From Octopus sinensis (taxonomy: Eukaryota): a stretch of DNA of 64,000 nucleotides. Below the pieces are notes generated by a model, which was given only the letters and a program-made list of their open reading frames with translations, made no database searches and was not told the origin of the DNA. Shown piece after piece: positions 1 through 14,784 of the stretch. The stretch covers positions 52,886,001 through 52,950,000 of the forward strand of contig NC_043004.1 of assembly GCF_006345805.1 (NCBI RefSeq), read 5' to 3'. The position numbers and the translations under genes are program-made. Positions within the stretch are counted from its first letter, which is position 1; each line of letters opens with the position of its first letter.

Positions 1-49
1 AACAGCTGCTGCTGTTTTATTTTAGCGATGCTGGTGTGTTGTTGTCACA

Positions 50-354
50 TCTTTATATATAAAATTGAAGTTGTGTGTGTGAGACTCTGTCTCCTCCGAT
101 TTAGATTCCTAACTACTCCCACATTTTGCGGTGCAGTTTAACCAAAAGCGGGTATCTTATAGTCGTCATTCATATCGAGCCCTTCTGGTATTAGCGCGCG
201 TCTACGATGAGTCTACGATTTAAAAAAAGATTACCATCATTTTTCCGCATTTTTAATGATTTTCGCCCGGGTTATATAAGGGAAGTAACTCTCTAAAAAT
301 GCTTATATAGTTATTTCTCTTACAAACCCGAGCAACGCCGGGTGATACTGCTAG
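50..354 (+). mobile_element. Non-autonomous Helitron (complete, ~305 bp)
   Basis: Starts TC (50-51) after an A. Ends with hairpin CCCG-AGCAACGC-CGGG (327-342) and CTAG (351-354), followed by T. This is the A/T insertion site with no TSD expected of Helitrons. Confidence 0.8.
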
Positions 355-721
355 TGTTTGCTAATTTTCTAATTGTTGCTATCGATATTTTTGCCTATAT
401 ATGTTGTTGTTCACCTGGTTTCAGTGATGCAAATGGTATCATTTATTATTCATTGTTACTATTAATTTCTTAATTGTTTGTTTTTAGCTTTCTTATTGTC
501 TTTTCGGTTGAATGTTTTCCTTGCCAAACTTTATGTTTTGTAAGTTGTTGTTATTGTTATTAAATTCAATTCCGTCTATCATTACTGTTGCTCTTGTTGT
601 TGTTGTTGATATTGATACCAACGTTGACTATGATGTGCTGTTTGTACCATGTGGGATTCTTATTGCCATTAACGTTGTTCTCTAACCCCATGAACCCATA
701 TGTACTTTTTGAGCAATTTCT

Positions 722-773
<52 letters not shown>
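722..773. repeat. (CTA)n microsatellite
   Basis: Pure trinucleotide run; source of the poly-Y/poly-T ORFs in the track. Confidence 0.95.
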
Positions 774-902
774 GTTTACAGTAATCGCTGTTGCTACTGC
801 TGCTGCCCTTTTTGCTTTGGTTGTTGTTGCACTGATGCTAAAATTGTTGTTTCAGGGATTTTTTTCCCGAAACAATATCAACTATAACGATAAAAATAAA
901 CC

Positions 903-1215
903 AGCAGCAACAACAACAACAACAACAACAACAGCCTGTTTGTTTTTTTTCTTCTCCCGTGCCTCTCAACGACACCGGCAAAAACTCAAACAAATACAGG
1001 CAAAAGAAGCTACACGAAAAAAAAAAAAACGAAACTAAAACAGAAGCAGAAATTAATGCAACAATAACAACGGATTTAACAGCTACAACAATAACAACAA
1101 CAACAACAACAATGATAATAATAACTATATTACGAACAACAAAAACAACAGCTGCAGTAAGAACAGTAACAACCAAAGCAGTAACAACAACAAAATCAGC
1201 AACGACAACAAGCTC
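903..1215. repeat. (CAA)n/AAC-rich low-complexity region
   Basis: Pure CAA run at 903-932 and degenerate AAC/AAT runs to ~1215. Confidence 0.85.
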
Positions 1216-1641
1216 CACCGGATCAATTAAATTCTCTCCGATTTAACAAAACAAAATAAATTAGATTTCAGGTGTGACAGGAATGAATTTCCAATTCCGA
1301 AGAGAAAAATCTACGTTTTATGGCCTTCAAAACACAGAAATTTAATTCCAATCTTTTTCCAAATGCAATCAGTATTAACGATTAAATTATTCCTTATTCT
1401 TTATTTCTTTTGATTTTAAAAAAAATCTTAACCTTATTTTCTTTCGGGTTTTTATTTGAAATTTCGTTATCGAATCTTATAAATAAACCCAGAGTAAAAT
1501 AAATATTTTTCTTAACGTGATTTTCTAGAGGAAAAGAGAGAAAAAATGGCACAGTATACGTACATAGATATATATGTGTGTGTGAGAGTATGTGCGTGTA
1601 TGTGTGTGTGGGTGTTTGTGTTTGTGTGTGTATAACAACAT

Positions 1642-1686
<45 letters not shown>

Positions 1687-1904
1687 TTTATTCTTTTATT
1701 GGTTTCAGCTAAGAAACCATGCTGGGGCACAATATATACACATACATACACACAGAGGCACACATATATATGTATATGTATATATGAGTGTATGCGTGAG
1801 TGTGCGTGTGTATATAAATGCATATATATGTAGATATTAATATAAATATATGTATACGCACCCATGTATATATACACACATATATATGCATACACACATC
1901 TATA

Positions 1905-1947
<43 letters not shown>

Positions 1948-2034
1948 ATGTATATATATATTTATATGACCTCGTGAGTACCGCTGGCGATTTTTTTCCT
2001 CTGCCTTCCCTTCTCGGGATCTTTCCTTCTCCTA

Positions 2035-2071
2035 TGTTTCCGACGAAGAGCTCCGCTCGAAACGTTAAATA
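2035..2071 (+). ncRNA. Minimal type I hammerhead ribozyme-like motif (U4C core variant)
   Basis: TGTTT-CCGACGA-A-GAGC(TCC)GCTC-GAAA-CGT-T-AAATA: 5-bp stem I with one G-U pair, 4-bp stem II, palindromic ACGT stem III. It lies in a GC-richer ~160-bp island (about 1966-2130) between microsatellites. Confidence 0.55.
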
Positions 2072-2178
2072 CTCCTTCTTCCCCTCTTTCCTGAGCGTCC
2101 AATAATACTTTATTTCTTCCACGTCCTCGCGTAGATGTGTTTTTTTGTTTCTTTTTGTGTTTTCTTGTTTGGATTAAT

Positions 2179-2395
<217 letters not shown>

Positions 2396-3021
2396 TATAT
2401 TTACGGAGATTTTTGTGGGGACAGTGTTCTATGTATGTGTATATGTGTGAGTGTGTATATGTGTGTGTGTATGTGTGTATATATCTATATGTATGTGCAG
2501 TAGTACATAAATTGTAATAAGTAGGTGTATGTGCATATATGAAGGCACACATATGTGCAAATGAAAAACTAGCAGAGGAACTTATACCGCGAATAAATAT
2601 GATCCAATCGTCATCTGAGAATTGTCGTCTGTTGCTATAATTTATGTATTTTTATCATTCTCACTGGTATTAACTATAATTGTGTATTGTTCTGTCGGTT
2701 AGCGTCATATGTGTATTGTTTTTATATATCAATAATATATTTGTTTCGAAAAATTTGCATATCTTCTTTTTCTTATAAATATTTCTCAGACTATTATTTT
2801 CTCTCACACACTTTATCTTTCTCTCGCACTCTAATTATTACCTCTCCGTCTGCCTGTCTTTCTCCGCTTCTGCTCTCATCTTCATTTACCTTTTCAAAAA
2901 CACGCACGCATACACTCACGTATGCACATATATACATGTATAATATATACGTATGAATATATATCCATATATATATATGTGCCTGTGTCTGTGTTTGTGC
3001 GTGCGTGTTTACACACACACA

Positions 3022-3106
<85 letters not shown>

Positions 3107-3221
3107 GATTATTCAACATGAATGAACTGATTTCATTACGCAATATTTTTATAAGGAAAAGCAATAGAAAACTGCAGCTAAGTCAAAAGTATTTACTCAC
3201 AATCAACTTTTATTTCCTGTC

Positions 3222-3600
3222 TTACAAGTGTTCAATATGGCCACAATCTACAGCACAGGCAACATTAGTGCGATAAGAGAATTTCTCCCAGACGCTTATC
3301 AGTATATGAAGATCCACCGAGTTGATCTTCGTTGTTATTCGACTTTTAAGGTCATCGAGGTTAGTGGGTAGCGGTGGAACATAAACGTGATATTTTATAT
3401 ATCTCCTCAAGAAAAAAAAAGCACATACGTTGAGGCCTGGAGATCTTGCAGACCAGGCAGATACGCGTCTGGAAGAAATTCTTTTATTGCATTGATGTTG
3501 ACCGTGCTGCTTAAACCATGTTGCACATGCTTAAGACATTCATTTCATAAAGTCTTCGCAGTCATGAGAACAACTCCTGACATGAGTAAGTTTCATTAGA
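3222..3600 (-). pseudogene. IS630-Tc1-mariner transposase C-terminal remnant
   Basis: Minus strand reads WSARSPGLNVCAFF..RYIKYHVYVPPLPTNLDDLKSRIT..INSV....SVWEKFSYR..A..DCGHIEHL. This matches the WPxRSPDL..DFFLWGY.K..VY...GHIEHL C-terminus of this transposase group. Degenerate, no TIRs found. Confidence 0.8.
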
Positions 3601-3976
3601 CTTCATCTTTGGTGCATACTGTTTTTCATTCCTTACATAATCTTGTAATAATGTATCACTACAAAGATGTATAAGAAATGAAGACGATCTCAACAGACGT
3701 CAGTAACACTCGCTTGTCTAGATTTTAAAAATGTCTCGTCCGTCTCTATTTTGAGACGTTATTACTCTTAGTGGCTGAATTCTTGAGACTTTTACTTATA
3801 CACATATCTCAACATTGCTTCCTAAGCTGTCAGCAGTATGAAACTCTTCCCATGTTATTTTACCAAAACATATAGGTGACGTCAGAAATTACAGGTATCT
3901 ACCATTATTACTTGCGAATGCTAAAGCAAAGTAGTCTATAGATTGTCACCCAATTATATTAAATAATAACTCATGT

Positions 3977-4143
3977 TTTAGGCACAAGGCCAGCAATTGT
4001 AGGTGAAGGATAGTCAATTAAATCCACTCTAGTACTGCAATAGTAATTGTATTTTTTCGATCTCGATGGGATTTGAACTCAGAAATTAAAGAGCCGGAAG
4101 ATATGCCACTATTTTTCCGACGCTCTAACTATTCGCCCAGCTC
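3977..4143 (-). mobile_element. Diverged, internally deleted SINE family B copy
   Basis: Contains GATTTGAACTCAGAA (reverse B-box) and a head similar to the copies at 4967, 10487 and 57721. Confidence 0.5.
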
Positions 4144-4966
4144 ATGAAATTATTATCTTAAATAATGGTATATATATTGAAAATAACGTACTAGACGCTT
4201 TTGGTGGAGTGGCCACAGATGGAACACATTTTGTAAAAGGTGTACTCGATCAGGAACGAGGTGGAGCTAAACAACGACGTCAACACCACCACCAACAACA
4301 ACAATAGAAATGACCAAAATATCCGTGAAGAAATGTTAGCAGAGTTTGGATTTAATTGAGTAGGAACCGAAGATTAAAATATGTCATTGTGTAGAATATT
4401 TCCCGTGCCATCGATAATGTCGTTCCGCGATACAATCACAAATAACAAGATGATTAATTGTAGAAGATTTTCTAGTCTGTTTAGATAAAGTTCAAATTTA
4501 TTGTTTGCCAGAACAGTTTGATAATTTAGAGGTTTTAAATTGCAGTTTTGATTTGTAAAGGAGAACGGATAAAAAAATATATGGTCAAAGCGAAAATATA
4601 ATTTCATGAGAACGAAATAACCTATTTTTTATCAGATCATCCCTGTTATCAAAATTGATAAATTACTGTGGTGAGTGTTTTAAAGGAAGAACTAAAATAC
4701 TGGCATATAATGTGTGAGGTTCGGTTTCAATCCACGTTAAATGCAATTTTATGATACATCCCCAGTCAAATCACATTTACATAGAAGCCACACAGAAATG
4801 TTTTACTTTTATTAAACTCGTTCAACTAGAGAGCAATTGTTTCACATTTCAGCACAATATTATAGAAGTCTGAATGCCCTTGTGGGAAAGTAAATCTGTG
4901 ATGTTACGCCATTAATACCGTTCTCACACTCTCAATCTGCCCTATTGCATATTATATATGTATATG

Positions 4967-5171
4967 TTTCTTTATTACCCACAAGGGGCTAAACATAGAG
5001 GGGACAAATAAGGACAGACAAACAAATTTAATCGATTACATCGACCCCAGTGCGTAACTGGTACTTAATTTATCGACCCCGAAAGGATGAAAGGCAAAGT
5101 CGACCTCGGCAGAATTTGAACTCAGAACGTAACGGCAGACGAAATACGGGTACGCATTTCATCCGGCGTGC
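4967..5171 (-). mobile_element. tRNA-derived SINE family B
   Basis: Reverse complement has a B-box (GAGTTCAAATTC) and the central motif GAGGTCGACTTTGCCTTTCATCCTTTCGGGGTCGATAAATTAAGTACCAG. Homologous copies at 9013, 10487 and 57721. Confidence 0.85.
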
Positions 5172-5190
5172 AAATTATATATGTATATAT

Positions 5191-5445
5191 ATGGCTTGCT
5201 TGCTAGAGTGTTGAACTCACGATTGAGAGTTCGTGAGTTCGATTCCCAGATCGGGCATTCCGTTACGTTCTTGAGCAAAGCACTTCGTTTTACGTTGCTC
5301 TACGACCGTTTCGATATGTGGCACCCAGACATGGAAGGAGTGAACTTATGTCTACACAAACATTTGATCGTTATAAACAAATGATCTGTCTGGTAGTTCG
5401 ATAAGAAATTGTCGAACTCTCATACGTCGTCTAATGACGGGAGAG
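5191..5445 (+). mobile_element. Diverged tRNA-derived SINE (family C-like head)
   Basis: B-box GAGTTCGATTCCC followed by GTTCTTGAGCAAAGCACTT; similar to the copy at 21095-21310. Confidence 0.6.
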
Positions 5446-7052
5446 TCTGTTATTATATTACTCGCATCTCTCAGTGTATTATTGATATGTATTTTAGTTT
5501 AACGTCCCATGCGAGTTATAACCATTTTCCGAAACACATTCTATTTGTTTTAGATTTTAATAAAAACTAGAAAGAGTGTTTATCTACGCAGAAATTTAAG
5601 AAACTCAGTTGAAGTAAAATTTTCAACACAATTACAATGAGAGACACTATTGAATTTAGTTTAAATTAAAGCGCGCCCCTCATCTCAGTCTGTTCACATT
5701 CATAATAATCAATCCTTCATTTCTTTCCTTTTTTATTAGCCTTTCATTCTCTCTCTCTCTCTCTCTCTCTTTTTCTCTCTCCCCTTTCCCATTTTTCTCT
5801 GTGTGTATAGTTGTGCATGTGTGTGGATTTCGCTTAAAATTAATAAGCAAATGACAAAGACACAAGGTGAAAACAGACCAGATTAAATTGTTTGATGTAA
5901 ACTAAGAATTTTCGAACTTAAATGCTTCTTCAGGAATTTATATAGAATTAAGAAGAAGTGTGGAGAAAGACAAAAAGAAAACAGTGGAAAAAACGTAGAG
6001 AGAGAGAGAGAGCGATAAAAGAGTGAGAGAAGGAGAGAGATACATATATATGTATGCGTAACGCTCTATTCTCATATACATACTCATACACCCCCCCACA
6101 CACACACTTATATATACATATATGAAGGTATTATTTATCTCCACTTAAAAGTGAACGTTCTGTTAAAATATTATAATAGTTACCAAGAGTGAACCTCTCA
6201 TATAAGCTGTTGGTGTATATAAGCACTATTTTTACACCCCTAGCGAGAGAAAGATCCTGCCTAATAGCTGCCACCGTGATTACCATATCACATGATTTCG
6301 CCCCTTCTTCACCTTGTCAGTAGTAGACGATCGACCAATGGAAATACCATAAGAGTAGATATTGTGTTAGAACACAGAATGCTGCTATAATTATCATGGG
6401 ATAACCTCTCATACAGGCTTCTGATGCTTATAAGTATTCTTGCTTACATCGCTTGTATGACATAAATTACCCACCATTGTCGAAGCCGAGATTACTAGAT
6501 CACGTTATTTCAGTCTTCCTTGGACTTGTAAATGTTCTGTTCTTTTTTTTTATTTTTACAGAAAACGACATTACCAAACATGCATATTCTGAAAACATAC
6601 ATTTCATTACAAATCCCCAGTGGAGAAGAAAAACAGAAAAATATCATATCTTATCTATCTAATCTAATTTATTCTAATCTAATCTAATCTATCTATATAA
6701 CTTACTTCAGATATGAAAAAATCGAATTTAAACGGTAGATCTGACGCTGAGGTTGATCCTTGGGTTGGCATTTGTATAAAAATCAACAGAAATGGCATTC
6801 AAATTTCTGACTAATGTTTCAATAGAATTTTATCAACGCATTCGAAGATAAAACATCATAACATTACCCATCACCAAGTGAAAATTTACGCTGGGTAGAC
6901 TTTAAGCATGTGATATTTCTTCGGTATACTTAAACGGATAAACGTCATTGATCACTAATATATGAGTGCATTAATAAAGTTCTACCGAAACAGCTGTAGA
7001 ATTTACTTACACACACCTACAAATATTTACTTAAACACACATACACAAAACA

Positions 7053-7455
7053 CACGGTCCCATAGAGGACGACGTTACTGGTGGCTTTAGCGCCAGGAAT
7101 ACATCTCTTCGAAATGGCTAACGACACACTGTCTGTGCCTGCTTCGTATTTGTTAGGGGAGGGCCTCGCTCCTTACGTGATACACATAGACTCGGGTTTC
7201 TGAGTAGTTACCCGCCTTCAGTGTGTGATAATCACCAGTTAGTGATGAAAACTCATTCCACTCGCAAAATACTATGTACTTTTTCTAGTAACAAACTGTC
7301 GCTGATCTCGAAAAAGGAGAAATAAGCTCTATTAAATCTCTGTGCGAGAGGTATACAGTAACAGTACGGAATCGTAAAATATATTTGCCAATTAAATGTG
7401 GCCGTCCCATACAGGACGATGTTACTGTTGTATTTAGCCCAAGAAAGACACAGCA
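7053..7455. repeat. Unclassified interspersed repeat, two diverged partial copies
   Basis: GTCCCATA(G/C)AGGACGA(C/T)GTTACTG...TTTAGC occurs at about 7056 and again at about 7406. Confidence 0.5.
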
Positions 7456-7658
7456 GTAGTAACATTGTGTTACTTCTGCTAAATACTAATACAAATATAT
7501 ATGTATACATATACTAATATATTGAGTTTTACTTTTCCTCTTTGCATCAACACATCTCTCTCTGTCTCTCTCTGTGTATATATATATATAGATAGAGAGA
7601 GAGAGAGAGATACATACATACATGCATATATACATATACATATGTGTGTGTGTGTGCG

Positions 7659-7702
<44 letters not shown>

Positions 7703-7804
7703 CATGTGTGTGTGTGATTATATATATTCGCGTGATAAAGACCGGGCGCCCTTGTATGTGCGAATGTATACTCAGGCACATTATTTTAGTTATAAGTATT
7801 TCGT

Positions 7805-7842
<38 letters not shown>

Positions 7843-8320
7843 AAGGGGCTGGTGACACAATCCTTTCATTCACACTTTGAAATTGGTGATACTACTTGCG
7901 GATTCTAGCTCGCTCTGATACTGAGTTGAGTTGGTGCCTTCTAGTATCTCAAAATTCAATATATAATCATTTATGATTATAGTATTCTACGCTGAAGAGA
8001 AAAGAAATTTGGGTAAGGTAGAATTATTTAACATTTAATTCTTATGCTTTCCTAAAAACTTGATTTCGAAACGTGCGTCCGTAGATAACTTAAAATTGTA
8101 TGATAGATTGCCGTCAATTCATTCTCTCTTACCTGTTTGTGTCTGCCTTCCAATTGCTGTGTTTTTTACTGAGATCTCCCTTTTTAGTAGAAGAAATAGC
8201 TATAACTCTTTGACTGCTATTTCTAAATTCGGTCTGTGGTAAGGCAATTCGTTGCTAAACCCTTTATTGCTTAGTATATATATATATATATATATATCGA
8301 CTATATATATATATAATATC

Positions 8321-8378
<58 letters not shown>

Positions 8379-9012
8379 GCTTTTGTTATGAATGCAAGAA
8401 GCCCTAATAGAGAGGTTACTGAACGGTAACACCATATCCTTACACCTATATAAATGACGATCGTCATTCATGTTATTGACAACATATGTGAATATTTAAC
8501 ACAAACTTATAATATAATTTATAATTCGTAGATTGCATACTTGTTGAAAGGACATTATTGCATTGAATACCCAAACACACTTAAGTCTACATACTGATGC
8601 ACTTAATACTCCTGAAATAATGCAGGTACTATAACGCTGCCATAATTTTAGACCCGAATAACAACTTGGGACATGTCCACAGTAAAATATAGATGACTGT
8701 TTTAACTTAAACATTTGTTCTATTTTAGTGGTATAGGCTGTATTATTCAATATGTTTTACAATATTATAAAGGAGCTTTTAGAGTAATGTGATATACTAT
8801 TGAATTTTTTATAATATTGTGACCCAAATTTTAGAGTAATATATTTTATTAATCTCTTTTTATATCGGTTGCCATTTTAAGAGTCACCCAAAATTCTTGT
8901 TCTCTTTTATTCTCGAGGCAGACGTAAATGAAGCTTATGCGCTTGTTGAAAGAAGAAACATTCATTTATTAGTAGACATATATAGGCACTAACATAAACA
9001 CATAAATACATA

Positions 9013-9160
9013 TTTCTTTATTGCCCACAAGGGACTAAACATAGAAGGGACAAAAAAGGACAGACAAAGGGATTAAGTCGATTACATTGACCCCAGTCCG
9101 TAACTGTTACTTAATTTATCGACCCCGAAAGGATGAAAGGCAAAGTCGACCTTGGCGGAA
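9013..9160 (-). mobile_element. SINE family B, 5'-truncated
   Basis: Nearly the same sequence as 4967-5110. Confidence 0.85.
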
Positions 9161-9446
9161 ATAAACACATATATACCGGTAGATTGATATGTATTCCTTT
9201 GTGTGGAATACACACCCTCTCTCTCTTGTACCCTCCCCCAAAAGAATTTTAGTGACTGCAAGCGTACTACATGCACCCCCTGTTTCCTGGCCTTTGTGTG
9301 CGTGTGTATTTACGCATCTCCCGTTTTTGAATTCGTTCTGCTTCAAATTATATATATTTTCTACCTTAGGAGCATGACCCGAAATATTTACACATACACA
9401 CACATGTATGTATCTGATTACATTAATTATGTGTTATATATGTACA

Positions 9447-10165
9447 CTAGCGGTTTTCCCGGTTTCACCCAGGTAGTTTGGTTGATGTTATGGTAAAACC
9501 TATCTTCTAAATATCTATCCCCTCTTTGTATTCAAACACCAAAAATAATGGTTAAAAAAGACAAAATATTTTAAGAACCCAAATTAATAAAAATGTTAAG
9601 TTGCCGATAGCTGTAGTAACTGAAACGTTTCAATACTCCGATATAGCCAAAATTATTTTAATTTTTGTAATCAAAGTCTAATGTAGTCATTGTGCCTAAT
9701 CTAAACTTCAACAATGAATGTAAAATCAAGAATATGACAGTGAAGTTGTTGTATGTAGGCAAACAATCGTATAAATTGTACTTTGGTAAACAACTCGACG
9801 TAAATACAATGTAAAACGGCCGTCAGTAGCAGAAACTCTAAACGAATAGAATTAATATTTAAGTTCACTGATCGAAGATAATCGCAACCGAAACATGCCT
9901 TGAAAAACGGGTCAATGAGGAAACAGTAGATCTTCAGGCGACGTAATAATTCTTTTAAAGAAAGGAAATAATTAACGACTGTGCACACATGCAATGAACG
10001 GAATAAACTGAACTTACGTGGCGTGATTGGTTGCAAAAAATAGCAGCGGAATATACGTGAAGGAAACATGGAGAAGAGAGACCAATGCACGCGCACTCGC
10101 ATACATACAAACACACACGCACACACGCACATATTCACATACCCCCTTTTACATACACACACATA
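9447..10165 (-). mobile_element. Non-autonomous Helitron, second family (5' end approximate)
   Basis: Minus strand ends CCTGG-GTGAAA-CCGGG hairpin, AAAACCG, CTAG, then T (9447-9450). A TG-rich tract lies near the presumed 5' end. Confidence 0.55.
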
Positions 10166-10486
10166 TATTCACACAGAGTTGAAACACTGTTTGATTTATT
10201 GTTTTCAGCGTACAATATTCATCATCCCACTACCGAGTGTGACATCACCCTTCCTTACTGATTCATCTATCACCCGTCCTTTCTCATTCATAAACACAAG
10301 AGTATTATTATAGTAGATTATCTCGGTAACCATGGGGGCTATGAAAAAATACAAAGCCCAGCAACACCACCGGATCATTCTACACATTTTTTGTAATTTT
10401 TCTCGCAATTCCACCCAACCGTTTGACCGTGAATTCCAAGACGATAAAGAATCGCTTATGTCAAATTTATATGCACAGGTGAATGC

Positions 10487-10692
10487 GGCGAGCAGACAGA
10501 GTCATTAGCACGCCAGGCGAAATGCTTAGCGGTATTTCGCCCGTCTTTATATTCTGAGTACAAATTCCGCCCAGGTCGACTATACTTTGCATCCTCTCGG
10601 TATCGATAGATTAACTATCAGTGAAACGCTGGGGTCGATGTACTCACTAGTCCCCCTCGCCCCAAATCTCAAACTTTGTGTAGGAAGAATTA
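10487..10692 (+). mobile_element. SINE family B
   Basis: Head GGCGAG...TTAGCACGCCAGGCGAAATG, then GAGTACAAATTCCGCCCAGGTCGAC and CTGGGGTCGATG, homologous to the 4967 copy. Confidence 0.75.
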
Positions 10693-10878
10693 TGTATCTA
10701 CCTACAAGTCAACAGTCTCGCATTTATTCTTCAGCGTATATGTATATGTGCATTTGTAACAAGCATTTCCTTTCTATAAACTTTGTTTATACACATGAGT
10801 TTAAACGTCTATGTATATAGCATATGTGCTTCATTTCTTTCTGTGAAAGTGGTACTCTTATGTACACACACACACATA

Positions 10879-10955
<77 letters not shown>

Positions 10956-11546
10956 CTTATACATATACACATATGTATGTATACAAGAGCAACGTTACAA
11001 AATGACAAGAGTTCAGCGTATCAAAAGTAATACAGCGGACAATAGAAGGCTTTGTCGCTGGTTTAGATCTTATGCTTAAGTGTACAGATGGATGAATTTA
11101 GACAGACATATTTGGTTATGTTGTTCTCTCGCATTACTCTAAACAATACCTAGCTCTACTGAAGCAATATACCTTTCTGACTCGATATATCGCAGCGTAA
11201 CTACGTGGTCAGTTGGTTGTACCGTTGCTGAGCGTACATCTGCAAGCCTTGCTTTCTAATTTCCTAATCTCAACTCTCTGAATTTAGATCCGATCATTTA
11301 TGGCACCACGCTACCTCCGTTCTCAGTCTAACAGTCCGAGTTAGAAGACAGTTGGATTGTTAAAATATTCGATATGATGCCCCGTGGTAAATGGTTCAAC
11401 ATTTTTGGTGGGGAGCGGTTTTGAAAATAACACCTTCAAAGATATTTTCGGGAGAATGACGAAATTTGCTATTTGCTTCAAACATCGTTGGTAACAAGGA
11501 TGAAGAAATCATCCTCGTATAATAAACTGTTAGTCTTACACATCAC

Positions 11547-11584
<38 letters not shown>

Positions 11585-12524
11585 ACTTTTTTCTCTTATC
11601 GTAATCGATAATTTCAATCTCACGTGTTGTGCATTTCTTCCGGTTGACTACGTTGAATATCTAAAACCCACAAAGCAGAATTTTCCTCTCCAACAAATCG
11701 GCTTAAATGAAATAAGCACTTATAAATTCCCTGACTTTTATTGCATGTCCACCTTCGAAATGTTTATCTGTGTTTGTAAAGAATGGCAGAATCTTTAGAA
11801 CATCGAACAGCATATGTTTATTTCTTTTTTATATCAAATTTACATTTCATACTTCCGGAAACAAAAACAATAAATTACCATTGGAATGAAATTCGATTCA
11901 GTCAAGGAACTATGTCCCCCACTAACTCAAATTTTTGTTTGTATATGTTTGTTAGTATTATTTTCAGACCATACTTATTATTCATTAGTTGCGAACGCGA
12001 AGAAACTTATTTATTTAAATAAGTATTATTTTCAACATGGAGATCATTCACAAACTATTCAAAGGGAACAAGAATAATTAACTTTAACGAGAATGTTCAC
12101 GGTTAAGAAAAATGTTCAGTGTCAGGAAACATTATAAAGTTTAACAAATGCAGTATGTAGGAAGACCAACACAATTTTTTTATGCATCCTAGTTTTAGTT
12201 CTGTCTAGAATGCATTTTAAATGTAACCTTCCAGAAAGTGTTCCAAAATATTTGGAGATATGTTGCGGGACATTTTATTGTTTTGAATTATGAATAGTCT
12301 TATCCTTTTCTGTCCTACCGTTTTTAATTTCAGGTAGATTTGCAGTCTTCAGATGAATTTTGTATAACTACTTAGACGTTTGGTATTATCATACTAACGG
12401 TAATATAATGTAATATCGTGATGTATATTTTGGCAGATTTTAATGTAGTATGTAGGATACATTACATACACTAAATCCCGTAGTATCTTCCCATGCTAAT
12501 TCATATGTGTACCGCAGCGAAGCG

Positions 12525-12555
<31 letters not shown>

Positions 12556-14667
12556 GTATTTTGTTTGTCAAAGCTTGTGTGGATCAGCCTGCTCCATTGC
12601 TAGGGATTGTCTCATAAAGGTGCCATTCGTCAACTATTGGATTAAACACGGATATTTACAGTACAAATGATGGTGATGGTCTTCTCATGTATCGAAAATA
12701 CTGTCGATTGTGATAGTCTATTCACGATAACACAAGGAATCTGTTAGAGAAATAATTTTAAAATCATATCAAGTACATCCAGTTCACAAATATATCAGTT
12801 ATGCTAAGGTCGATGTCTTTGTTTATTCACTACGGTTATCAATATGTCCATGATTTGCGTTGATTTCAGTTCACTCCTCGGCTTAGTTTATTTTTGATAT
12901 TATCAAAACGAAGGCTAATCCGATTTCTTTGAAGAAATTTACTGCAGCTGACGTAGTTTACTTGCTAGTTTTTAGTCGTTAAATCCAACTTGAAAGTCTA
13001 TTTGCAAGTTCAAAAAGTAATAGGGAAATATAATAATTTTTGTAGTTCCTGTATTACTCCCTTATGCTCGACAGCGTTTTCACTTCTTACACATATAGAA
13101 TCACTCACTGTCAGACTTATAATATAATTTGTGGGGTTTCGTTTACATGATATCTCCAATTATAGTCCATGGAATCTTGTTTTCTTACGTTCTCGTTAAA
13201 TGTGATCAGAGCATAAGTTATGGCTGGAACTACTCGTATGTTCAACGCACATAAAATATACTTAGAACTGCAATAAGGTTTTCAGAAATGTCTATCTATG
13301 TCAAAGCATGGATATTTCATTCTCGTGCAAAGAACTCTCAGATATGTGTGCATGCGTCTACACGCATGCATCGAGTCAAACACACACTTAAGATTATAAT
13401 AGCATAGATGAGGTTGATGATGAAAATATTAATAAATGCACACACACACACACACACGCACACACACACTGTTCAAATGGTTCTGCGGAATTAGTCTTAC
13501 TGAATATAAAAATCCCAAAATATGTTGAAAAAATATTCATAATATATTATGTATTATGTGAACATGCGACGTAAGTATATAGAGTTAAAATAATAGGCGA
13601 GAAGGGCTTGGAAGTGCTATGTCTTATAAAGAAATTAAGCATGATATACATGATATATCGGAGCGCTAATGACGCTGCTTTAACAATATATTGGCAAAAA
13701 CATGTTGTGAATGTGAAGTGTATTTCAACGCATTGAGATAAACATAGGCAAAGTTGCATGGATAGGAATGTAATACGTATATATTTAAATATTTAAACCT
13801 ATGGAAAAAGTGGAAATTATACGCCAAAACAAAAAGAATATATGGATGTTTGCTAAAATAGAGTGTCATCAACAAAATCTTATATATATTATAAGCTTTG
13901 CAAGAGCACAGATTTTTGTTCTTAAAATATTGCAATGATACTATATCCTAAAATCAAAGTATGAGTTAAAACGTATTATTGAAAGTTTATGGATTTTAGT
14001 AGACATCTTTGTGTTATTCGACTTCTAGTATTGAAATTATTTCTATAATTTCCCATATAATTATAAATAAACCTCAAAATACCTATTAGAGATTTCATTT
14101 AATTGCTTGAAAATATTTATTTTCTGATTCCCATTTGTCAGGTAATATTATATAGATTTCAATGCATGAACAATATTTCAAGTCGACTAAATCGAAGTGA
14201 TACATTAAGATCGATAAAATTTAAACCTGTATTTTGAAATATTTGCATTAAATGATATCTAGAATATATAATTTAGATATGAATATAACAACATCAAAAC
14301 AACTTATTCAATTAATATATATAGTCCCTTCCCAAAAAATATAGTCCTCTTAACATGCGAGCCCCCTCAATTAAACATGTTGATTAATTATTTTCCTTAA
14401 TAATAACTAGCCTTTAAATATAAATTCACTTAGGAATCTATCCAATGAAACAACTTATTCAATATTTCAGTGAAATAATTTTAAAGTATCATTAACTTGT
14501 ACTAACTTTCATTTATTATTACTTATGTTTGTGAGAAAATTAATTTCTGACCTAAATATTTCTTTTGAATAGATTGATACAATACCTTTCATATTACCGC
14601 AAACATTTTTGAAAGTAACTTTTGGCTTCACTATAAAATAAATTTCTAGCATATGGCACCAAATGCT

Positions 14668-14716
<49 letters not shown>

Positions 14717-14784
14717 CATGTATATGTACATGTGTATGCATGTATATATGTATATAAACATATATATATATATATATATAAACA

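Noticed and set aside
12560-12700. Minus-strand ISVFNPIVDEWHLYETIP, faintly Kelch-like
   Set aside because: Bounded by stops, with no usable splice acceptor.
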